Shown: positions 1 through 6,812 of the stretch, piece by piece
Layout: each line of letters opens with the position of its first letter
How positions within the stretch are numbered: position 1 is the stretch's first letter
Position numbers and translations under genes: made by a program
Notes under the pieces: generated by a model
What the model saw: the letters and a program-made list of their open reading frames with translations, nothing else
What the model was told of the DNA's origin: nothing
Database searches by the model: none
NCBI GenBank assembly: GCA_049593795.1
Contig: JBAWHK010000016.1
Span: 1-62,761 of the forward strand
Direction: 5' to 3'
Source of the DNA: Solirubrobacterales bacterium
GTDB taxonomy: Bacteria; Actinomycetota; Thermoleophilia; Solirubrobacterales; 70-9
Length of the DNA: 62,761 bases

Positions 1-226
1 TCAGGCATGCGGCATCCGGGCAAACGTCGCCACACCGTCGGATTGAGTGGCTATCTGTCTGCCTTACGCTGACGCTGTGCGTAGAGATTCGAATGGATGC
101 CGATTCGAGACGCCAGGACTGTTGGCCGGGTCGTTGAGGGTGCCGGGCGGGCAATCCCGGGTCGATGCCAGCACTTACGGGCTGACCACCGGCCATCCGT
201 GGAAGATACCTACGTGCCTTCTGGCC

Positions 227-985
227 TCAGCTTCGGGCCCGGCCCTTGCCCGCGGCCCTCAGCCTTTCCCGGTACTTGTTCATCGAGGAACGGCGGAAGT
301 CCCCATGGGTCTGTTGCTTGAGGCTTTTGATCCGTTCCCGGTGGTATCTCGAGCTCAGGCTCTCGTTATGGCCGATTACGTCTTTGACTTCGATGTCGTA
401 AATGCATCGCAGCCACCGGGTCAGTTTGAGTGAGCTACGCATTTGTCGTTTACGCCCAAGCACCGCCTGGTCGCTGTAGCCCACGTGTTCGATGCCAATA
501 CTCATGTAGTTCAGTCCGACCACGTGGCGGCACCGTGTTCTCAGGTTCACGAGCTGGTAGATGCGCCCTCCGGGGGCGATCGCGAAATGGGCGCAGGTGT
601 TCGGAAGCTCACCGAGTTCAGGGTCGGGGGAGTCAGGAGCGAATGTGTTGAAGATCTGGCTGACCGTGCTGGTCTGCGAATAGTGCTGAACTATCTGGAG
701 GTGACGTCTCAGACGCCATTCCCGTTTACCGTAATGACGGAGTGAATACGCGGCCATCTCCCGCTTGCGTTTGCTGCCGAAAGGAATCAGCTTCTGGCGA
801 ATCTTCGGTTTGATTCGGCTTGTAGGGGAATGGCTGGCGGAACTTGCCGGTTTTGCTTCGGCGACGGCCGGCGTGTCGGTTCCCTGCGGCAGCAAGAACA
901 GTCCTGCGGCCGCGGCCAGGAGAATCACGACAGAGGTTGAGAATCCGATGCGGGCTCGGTGTTGCATCCGGGCACCGTATCCCAC
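227..985 (-). CDS. N-acetylmuramoyl-L-alanine amidase (Amidase_2/PGRP-type), membrane-anchored or secreted
   Basis: 252-aa ORF. It has a hydrophobic N-terminal segment (FSTSVVILLAAAAGLFLL) followed by amidase_2-like blocks (CAHFAIAPGGRIYQLV, GLNYMSIGIEHVG, VIGHNE). Its start lies 4 nt after the stop of the upstream small ORF. Confidence 0.8.
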   Translation of the reverse strand: MGYGARMQHRARIGFSTSVVILLAAAAGLFLLPQGTDTPAVAEAKPASSASHSPTSRIKPKIRQKLIPFGSKRKREMAAYSLRHYGKREWRLRRHLQIVQHYSQTSTVSQIFNTFAPDSPDPELGELPNTCAHFAIAPGGRIYQLVNLRTRCRHVVGLNYMSIGIEHVGYSDQAVLGRKRQMRSSLKLTRWLRCIYDIEVKDVIGHNESLSSRYHRERIKSLKQQTHGDFRRSSMNKYRERLRAAGKGRARS

Positions 986-989
986 AGGT

Positions 990-1301
990 TCAGGCGCCGA
1001 TGTCCAGCCTTATCCGTGGCGGCAGCAGTGCTTCGGGAAGGGTGGTGCTTTGCGCTGCCCTGCAGTTGCCTCGGCGTCCCCGCTCAGGGCGTTTCGTTTC
1101 TGCTGGCTGGTGACGACGCACCCTTTCCGTTCTGGTCGAAGGTTTCGACCTCGAGCGGCCCGGCTGGCAGGTGGATTCAACCATCCTGTGCTGGGGCACA
1201 TCCGGGTATTCGAGACCGTATTCACCGAGTGTGGCGAACTCGATCATGAGGTCCAGGGCATCGGCGGCTTTAGCCGGAATCTTTCTGAGGGATACGAACA
1301 T
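990..1301 (-). CDS. Hypothetical 103-aa protein whose ATG lies inside a LexA box; coding status uncertain
   Basis: The ATG at 1301-1299 sits inside the perfect SOS box, with TACATT just upstream. The N-terminal part (IPAKAADALDLMIEFATLGEYGLEYPD) looks protein-like, but the C-terminal half is basic and low-complexity. I recognised no family. Confidence 0.35.
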   Translation of the reverse strand: MFVSLRKIPAKAADALDLMIEFATLGEYGLEYPDVPQHRMVESTCQPGRSRSKPSTRTERVRRHQPAETKRPERGRRGNCRAAQSTTLPEALLPPRIRLDIGA

Positions 1302-1308
1302 AGGTTCG
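1295..1308. promoter_or_regulatory. LexA (SOS) box, perfect CGAAC-N4-GTTCG palindrome
   Basis: Sequence is CGAACATAGGTTCG, and the extended palindrome TACGAACATAGGTTCGTA spans 1293-1310. It matches the Gram-positive/actinobacterial LexA core. Confidence 0.75.
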
Positions 1309-1331
1309 TAATGTACGGGGGCCTTCGGACA

Positions 1332-1345
1332 CGAACGTGTGTTTG
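1332..1345. promoter_or_regulatory. LexA-like box, one mismatch
   Basis: Sequence is CGAACGTGTGTTTG, with GTTTG in place of GTTCG. It lies 37 bp from the perfect box. Confidence 0.5.
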
Positions 1346-1406
1346 CAAGTTTGCTTGCAAGACGAACCGCAAACCGTGTGCTGGAGCCAAATATATTTTC
1401 AGTCTG

Positions 1407-1420
1407 CAAACAGGTGTTCG
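1407..1420. promoter_or_regulatory. LexA-like box, one mismatch
   Basis: Sequence is CAAACAGGTGTTCG, with CAAAC in place of CGAAC. It is the third box of the cluster, and an extra CGAAC half-site lies at 1363-1367. Confidence 0.45.
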
Positions 1421-1472
1421 CATTTTGCGGGTTGTCGGATTTCCCGGAAAGTGCGGTGTTCGCGGGTTATGG

Positions 1473-4400
1473 TTACCGGCCACGACGACCGAAATTCTGT
1501 CCTACCGGGGCCAGCGACTTGATCGAAGGATCGGCCGGTTCGATCTCCGCGAGGGCGTTGACGATCAGATTGACCACCCCCTGATTGGTCTCGATTCGGC
1601 CGCGGGCACGGAGCAGGGTCGCGTTGCGAATCACCAGCCGGTACTTGAGCGCGACCCGGGAGGGCGTGATCAGGTTCAGCGTGCCGAACTCATCTTCAAT
1701 CAACAGGAAGATCGTGCCGTGGGCGGTTTCCGGCTTCTGCTTGGCCACCAGCATCCCGGCGACTTCGGCCTGGGTCTGGTCAGCGGACTCCGCAGCCTGG
1801 ACCGTGTTCTTTACATGAGTCTGGAGCCCCGGCCGGATCAGCGCCATCGGGTGTCCTTCAAGGGTCATGCCGATAGTTCCGTATTCAGCAGCGACCCTGC
1901 TCCACTGCTTCGGCTCCTGCAGCTCGGGGCTCTCGCCGGCCTCAAACGGCAACGACAGTTGCCGGCCGCTGGAATTGCTGGTGCCAGTGGTGGTAAGCCC
2001 AACGTTCCAGAGCCCTGACACCCGGTCACCTTTCGGCAGCGAACGCAGCGCACCGGCCCAGGCCAGTTGTTCAAGTTCCTGTCGGCGCAGTGGCATCCTT
2101 GAAGAGAGCTCACCCAGGCTCCTGAAAGGGCCGCCGCGATCCCTTTCACTGACCAGGGCCTGCATCTCTTTCTCCTTCGCACCCTTGATGTAAGCCAGTC
2201 CGATACGTACGGCCGGCTGGCCTTTCGGATCCTCCCTTTCTTCCGGCAGCCACTCGGTGGTGCAGTCAACCCGGCTGGAATTGAGGTCCGGGGGCAGCAC
2301 TGTCACCCCGGAGCGCCCGCCCTCCTGGACAAGTGAATCCGGCGGGTAGAAGCCCATTGGCTGTTCGTTCAGCAGGGAGGCAAGGTATTCCGGTGCGTAA
2401 TGAACCTTGAGCCAGGCGGACTGATAGGCCAGGAGCCCAAAAGCTGCGGAGTGGGCCTTGGGGAAACCGAAACCGGAGAAGCCGATTATCTGGTTGAAAA
2501 TGTCATTGGCGACAGCCAGGCTTACGCCTTTTCCGGTTGCTCCTTCGATGAAACGGCGATGGTGGGCTTCCAGGGCCTGCCGGGAACGCTTGCGGCTCAT
2601 CGCCCGGCGCAGCGACTCGGCTTCGGAAGAACTGAAGCCGGCCACGTTCATTGCGACCTCGATCACCTGCTCCTGAAAAATGATCACCCCGAGGGTTTCC
2701 TCCAGTACCGGTCTGAGCAGTTCGTGCTGGTACGGCACTTCGTAAGCCGGGTTTTCCCTCAACCTGCGGCGCCGCTCGATGTAAGGGTGGACCGCACCGC
2801 CCTGGATCGGACCGGGGCGGACCAGGGCCACCTGGATGGTCAGATCATCGATGTTCATCGGCTTCAGGCGCGGCAGCATCTGCATCTGCGCCCGGCTTTC
2901 GATCTGGAAGACACCGGTCGTATCGGCCCGGCGAATCGCCTTGAAAGTCACCTCGTCCTGCAGGTCGATGCGGCTGAGGTCGACTGTCTCGCCGCGGATC
3001 CGGTTGATCTCGTCAACACAGCGTTCGACCGCGGACAGCATGCCCAGGCCGAGCAGATCGATTTTGAGGAAACCGGCGTCCTGGCACGAATCCTTGTCCC
3101 ACATCACGATTTGTCGTTCTTCCATCGCGGCCGGCACCACCGGGCAGATCTCAACCAGCGGTTTGGTCGAAATGATCATGCCGCCCGAATGTTGCGAGGC
3201 ATTGCGCGGAACTCCCCGGGATTCCTTGACCAGCCAGGAAAGGTTTTTCCAGCCGGTCGAATGTGCCCTTTCGGCTCCAACCGCACTGATCAGATCCCGT
3301 TGGAGGTCATCCGAGCCACCGTAGAAATCGACCGAGCGGGCGGCCCTTTCGATCTCCGCTGCCGGGATGCCCAAAGCTTTGCCGAATTCGCGAATCGCAC
3401 CCCGGGAGCGGTAGGTGGGGAAAGCCGCGACCAGGGCCGAGCGGTCGGCTCCGTAACGCTGGTGGATCCTCGGGATCAGCTTGGCCCGGATGTCGCGGGG
3501 GAAATCGAGATCGATGTCCGGGGCGGAGGTCACCTCTTCATTCAGGAAACGGCCGGGGAAAAGGTTGGCTTTGACCGGATCGACATGGGAAAGGCCAGTC
3601 AGGTAACAGACGATTGAACTGACGCTGGAACCACGTCCGCGTCCCGGTGGCAGCACCGAACGGGCCGAAACCGGCCCACGGACTTCGGCGGCGACATCCC
3701 GGGCAAGTTCAAGCAGGTCGTGGTGGAGCAGGAAGAATCCGGAGAGGCCGAGACCGCGGATGATCTTCAATTCATTTTCCAGGCGCTGCCCTGCTTCTTT
3801 TTCCTGTGGTGTTCCCCGGTAACGCTCGACCAGACGGGTGGCAGTGAGTTCGGCCAGGGAACCATCGGCGGTCGGGTCGTCCGACTGGGGGTAGCGGTAA
3901 CCGAGTTCTTTCTCGAGGTCGAACTTGAGCCTTTCGGCGATGTTGACGCTCTCGGCGACCGCTTCCGGGTACATCCTGAAACGGTTGGCCATCTGTTCCG
4001 GGGAGGCCAGCGATGAGGTCGAATTGCCGCGCCGCCGGGGCTCCGAGCCTTCCATGCTGGTTCCCAGCCGGACCGCGACCAGAACGTCCTGCAGCCGGGC
4101 CCGTTGCGGGTTGTGGCTGTGCACGTTGCCGGTCGCGACGGCGGGCACCCCGATGCTTCTGGCAAGGCTGCTCAGCCAGCGGTTGCGGGCCCGGTCGTGA
4201 CGCCAGTAAGGGCGCTGGATCTCGATTCGCAGGTTCTCCGGGCCGAACCAGCCGATCAGCCTGCGGGCGAGCTCTTCGCCCCGGGCCAGGTCACCGTCGG
4301 CCCAGGCGGACGCAATCAGGCCCTGTCCGGCACAGCCGCTCAGGCAGATCAGCCCTTCGGCCCTTTCGGCCAGCGCTTCGAGTGGCACCGATGGCTGGGT

Positions 4401-4736
4401 GGCCCGACGGGTTGGTTCGTTACGGGTGTGGGCGTGGGCGGCGGTCAGCAGCCGGCAGAGGTTGCGATATCCGGTCGTGTCCTTGACCAGCAGGGTGAGG
4501 TGGAAGATCCGGCCATTCAGCGAGACGCTCAGTTCGGTCCCGGTAATCGGTTTGATGCCGGCCCCTTTGCAGGCAGCGGCAAATTCCATGGATCCCCAGA
4601 CCCCATCGTGGTCGACCAGGCCAAGCGACGGGTAGCCCAGATCGGCTGCGCGTTCAGCCAGTTCCAGCGGGGATGAGGCACCGTCCAGGAAAGAAAAAGA
4701 CGAGTGGCAATGAAGTTCGATGTACGGCGCTGACAC
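1473..4736 (-). CDS. dnaE2: Error-prone DNA polymerase III alpha subunit DnaE2 (ImuC)
   Basis: 1087-aa ORF with an N-terminal PHP domain (YIELHCHSSFSFLDGAS). Its length and co-directional linkage to an imuB-like gene behind a LexA box fit DnaE2 rather than replicative DnaE1. Confidence 0.92.
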   Translation of the reverse strand: MSAPYIELHCHSSFSFLDGASSPLELAERAADLGYPSLGLVDHDGVWGSMEFAAACKGAGIKPITGTELSVSLNGRIFHLTLLVKDTTGYRNLCRLLTAAHAHTRNEPTRRATQPSVPLEALAERAEGLICLSGCAGQGLIASAWADGDLARGEELARRLIGWFGPENLRIEIQRPYWRHDRARNRWLSSLARSIGVPAVATGNVHSHNPQRARLQDVLVAVRLGTSMEGSEPRRRGNSTSSLASPEQMANRFRMYPEAVAESVNIAERLKFDLEKELGYRYPQSDDPTADGSLAELTATRLVERYRGTPQEKEAGQRLENELKIIRGLGLSGFFLLHHDLLELARDVAAEVRGPVSARSVLPPGRGRGSSVSSIVCYLTGLSHVDPVKANLFPGRFLNEEVTSAPDIDLDFPRDIRAKLIPRIHQRYGADRSALVAAFPTYRSRGAIREFGKALGIPAAEIERAARSVDFYGGSDDLQRDLISAVGAERAHSTGWKNLSWLVKESRGVPRNASQHSGGMIISTKPLVEICPVVPAAMEERQIVMWDKDSCQDAGFLKIDLLGLGMLSAVERCVDEINRIRGETVDLSRIDLQDEVTFKAIRRADTTGVFQIESRAQMQMLPRLKPMNIDDLTIQVALVRPGPIQGGAVHPYIERRRRLRENPAYEVPYQHELLRPVLEETLGVIIFQEQVIEVAMNVAGFSSSEAESLRRAMSRKRSRQALEAHHRRFIEGATGKGVSLAVANDIFNQIIGFSGFGFPKAHSAAFGLLAYQSAWLKVHYAPEYLASLLNEQPMGFYPPDSLVQEGGRSGVTVLPPDLNSSRVDCTTEWLPEEREDPKGQPAVRIGLAYIKGAKEKEMQALVSERDRGGPFRSLGELSSRMPLRRQELEQLAWAGALRSLPKGDRVSGLWNVGLTTTGTSNSSGRQLSLPFEAGESPELQEPKQWSRVAAEYGTIGMTLEGHPMALIRPGLQTHVKNTVQAAESADQTQAEVAGMLVAKQKPETAHGTIFLLIEDEFGTLNLITPSRVALKYRLVIRNATLLRARGRIETNQGVVNLIVNALAEIEPADPSIKSLAPVGQNFGRRGR

Positions 4737-4748
4737 GGGCTTCCAAAC

Positions 4749-4994
4749 TCAGGCGCGCTGTGCGAACCATTGGCCGGATGGGAAGGCCTGGAACACGGTC
4801 AGGTCACGTCCGTCGATCAGGACGAGTTCGAAGTACCAGCGTTTGATTGGCGCTGCGGTCCACCAGCCGTCTTCGACTATCCATTCTTCGCGCACGGCAA
4901 CCACGTCAACGTCGTTGACCTGGATCGGGGTGCGGTGGGTGTCGCTGGCGACCTCGATGGGCCGTGGTTCATAGAGGCGGGTTGCTTTAGACAA
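4749..4994 (-). CDS. Hypothetical 81-aa Trp-rich protein embedded between imuB and dnaE2
   Basis: A TTG at 4994-4992 lies 9 nt after GGGAGGG. The stop is 12 nt upstream of the dnaE2 start. The sequence (EEWIVEDGWWTAAPIKRWYFELVLIDGRDLTVF) looks globular. The ORF-track ATG at 5063 falls inside the palindrome and was rejected. Confidence 0.55.
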   Translation of the reverse strand: MSKATRLYEPRPIEVASDTHRTPIQVNDVDVVAVREEWIVEDGWWTAAPIKRWYFELVLIDGRDLTVFQAFPSGQWFAQRA

Positions 4995-5026
4995 AAGAAA
5001 CAACCCTCCCAAAGAAAAACCCAGCT

Positions 5027-5069
5027 CTGGCAATGAATTTACGTCTATATGACGTAAATTCATTGCCAG
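5027..5069. repeat. 43-bp perfect AT-rich palindrome (19-bp arms, 5-nt spacer)
   Basis: CTGGCAATGAATTTACGTC TATAT GACGTAAATTCATTGCCAG. I checked by hand that the arms are exact reverse complements. It sits in the imuB to small-ORF gap. Confidence 0.95.
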
Positions 5070-5113
5070 TCTTTGTGGGGTTGGGGTTCTGTTTGCTTTG
5101 AGGGATCAATTTG

Positions 5114-6313
5114 TTACTCCGAGAGGTAAGGGGTGAGCAGCATTCGCCGCTCCGGCAGGTGGGAATCGATTTCGGCGTTGAGCACACGCATCAGGCCGCT
5201 CTCGCCGACCGCAGCCCGAACCTGCTGCGCGGCTTCATCAAGGCGCTGCGAACGGGTCTGGTCGGGTTCGTGGGTGAGTTCGATCTGTTCCGGGGCGCCG
5301 GCCGCAAGGTCGGTCACCCGCAGTTTCAGTTTCTCGGCCGGGCGTGGCAGGTATTCCAGGCCAGGCAGGAGGATCAGGCGCAGCATGTCGGCCCGGGCGG
5401 TGGGGCGACGCGGAGTTACATCACGGGTCCAGCTGCCACCATCCGCCAGTTTCGCTTCGATGATCACCTGACGCGCCGTCAGGCCGAGATCGTCCAGCCT
5501 TCCGGCCAGACGGTCGCAAAGAATGCCCATCGCGCCCGAGAGGTGGATCCCGGAAGCGACCTCAGGCAGGTCCAGCTCTTCGAATATTTCCTCTTTCGGC
5601 ACTCGCGGCTGGATGTCCGTTTCCGCGCCAAGGGCAGTGTTACGGGCTTCGGTGCCGAGATGCCCGAAACGGTCGGCGATGTCATTGCCGGAGAGGGCAG
5701 TCAACTCACGCAGCCGGGTGATGCCGAGCTTGTGCAGGGAACTGACCATGCGTCGTGTGCTCACCGTTGAACCACTGAGCCGGCCGATCAGCACGGTCGT
5801 CGGCAGGCCAGCCAGGAATTCACGCAGTTCATCCGGCGGCACGACCCGGGGAATCGGATGACCGGCTTCCTGGGCTGCGGCGAAAGCCGCGAGGCGGGTT
5901 GGGGCGGCGCCGAGCCGCACGCTCCGGCCAAGGCGCCTGGCGGTGGCGGTCAGTACGCCGTCGAGACTGCCATAGAGCCTCTGGATCTGGTCCGCCCGGA
6001 AGAAAGCTTCGCCGCTGCTGCCGGATTCGACTTCAGCTCCGATTGCTTCAAGCCGGGCGAGGATGGTCTGCCAGAGGCTCTCGGCGTAGCTCGGATCGGG
6101 CGTGATCAGGACCAGGGCAGGGCAGATGTCGATCGCTTCTCCAAGTCCCATCCCGGCACGAACACCGAGGCCGTGAGCGACCGGAGAAACCTCGCCGACA
6201 ACCTGTGGGGCGTCGTGCTGCGGGGCCAGAGCAATTGGCTCCAGCAAACGGTTCTGAGACTTTCCGAGGGCGGCACGCAGGGCCAGAAGGGGGAGGATTA
6301 CGGAAACGACCAT
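5114..6313 (-). CDS. imuB: ImuB-like inactive Y-family DNA polymerase
   Basis: Y-family-like fold with the catalytic acidic positions apparently lost. The N-terminus VVSVILPLLAL aligns with IIHVDMDCFFA of DinB, and GSSGEAFF aligns with SLDEAYL. It lies directly upstream of dnaE2. The preferred start is ATG 6313 (MVVSV), 4 nt from the LexA box. Confidence 0.8.
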   Translation of the reverse strand: MVVSVILPLLALRAALGKSQNRLLEPIALAPQHDAPQVVGEVSPVAHGLGVRAGMGLGEAIDICPALVLITPDPSYAESLWQTILARLEAIGAEVESGSSGEAFFRADQIQRLYGSLDGVLTATARRLGRSVRLGAAPTRLAAFAAAQEAGHPIPRVVPPDELREFLAGLPTTVLIGRLSGSTVSTRRMVSSLHKLGITRLRELTALSGNDIADRFGHLGTEARNTALGAETDIQPRVPKEEIFEELDLPEVASGIHLSGAMGILCDRLAGRLDDLGLTARQVIIEAKLADGGSWTRDVTPRRPTARADMLRLILLPGLEYLPRPAEKLKLRVTDLAAGAPEQIELTHEPDQTRSQRLDEAAQQVRAAVGESGLMRVLNAEIDSHLPERRMLLTPYLSE

Positions 6314-6316
6314 ATA

Positions 6317-6330
6317 CGAACGTATGTTCG
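6317..6330. promoter_or_regulatory. LexA (SOS) box, perfect palindrome, overlapping the imuB promoter/start
   Basis: Sequence is CGAACGTATGTTCG. On the minus strand, TACGTT (TANNNT) lies inside the box and ends 6 nt before the ATG at 6313. Confidence 0.8.
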
Positions 6331-6416
6331 CACAAAGACAGCACGGAAGCAACTGCGAAATCCGGATTATGCGGGGCCAATGGATTGGCTTCCGGCTGAT
6401 GGTTCACACTGTTTCC

Positions 6417-6749
6417 ATGGCCAAAACTTCGAAGTGCGACTGGTGTGGGACTGAAGTTCTCGACGGCGACGGTTACCGGCTGATTCAGCCGAAGCGGAGC
6501 CTCGGGGCGACCTTTGACCGACTCGAGCACGTAATTCCATGGCTGATGAAGAAAGACGACTGGCACATCTGGTCCGGTGTCGAGGTGCCCGAAGGCGCAG
6601 CCACAACTTCATCGCAGACCGGAGAAGACCTGAACGAGAACGCCATATACCTGGTCCATCACCGCGACGGTGAACGGATCCCGGACGGTTTCAATGACAA
6701 GAGTGAAGTTGAAGCCTGGGCCAAAGCCGGAGGCCGCTGGAAGAAATAG
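6417..6749 (+). CDS. Hypothetical 110-aa protein, divergent from imuB
   Basis: The ORF reads MAKTSKCDWCGTEV... and has plausible codon usage. I recognised no family. The start is uncertain; alternatives are 6369 and 6399. It lies about 90 nt from the imuB LexA box. Confidence 0.6.
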   Translation: MAKTSKCDWCGTEVLDGDGYRLIQPKRSLGATFDRLEHVIPWLMKKDDWHIWSGVEVPEGAATTSSQTGEDLNENAIYLVHHRDGERIPDGFNDKSEVEAWAKAGGRWKK

Positions 6750-6755
6750 CGGCAA

Positions 6756-6796
6756 CGCTCCTCGTTCAGGCGTCAATGCGCAGCGAAGGAGGAGCG
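6756..6796. repeat. REP-like hairpin, family B (CGCTCCTC..TTCA / ..AAGGAGGAGCG)
   Basis: CGCTCCTCGTTC pairs with GAAGGAGGAGCG (12 bp, 1 mismatch). It sits between convergent genes. Related copies are at 33771, 33838 and 44510. Confidence 0.8.
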
Positions 6797-6812
6797 ATGC
6801 CCGGGGCGGGGG

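Noticed and set aside
1-226. Possible gene fragment at the left edge: a plus-frame ending ..ANVATPSD-stop at about 46, or a minus-frame open to the edge from an ATG near 196.
   Set aside because: The fragments are too short, have Arg/Ser-rich composition and no motifs. They cannot be supported without flanking sequence.
765-3617. Long plus-strand ORFs (765-2018, 2400-3617) and many similar 100-460 aa ORFs antisense to confident genes elsewhere, for example 9121-10503, 10933-11955, 25213-26184, 27939-28772, 29415-30509, 34245-35339, 38802-39833, 45704-46666, 47799-48725, 51048-51965, 53064-53924 and 59435-60424.
   Set aside because: They lie fully inside and antisense to genes with clear family motifs. 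Their translations are Arg/Gly/Pro-rich with no recognisable motifs. Open antisense frames are expected in GC-rich DNA.
4995-5063. ORF-track ATG start at 5063 giving a 104-aa version of the small ORF between imuB and dnaE2.
   Set aside because: That ATG and the first 12 codons are simply the translation of the 43-bp palindrome. A TTG at 4994 preceded by GGGAGGG at proper spacing is a more credible start.
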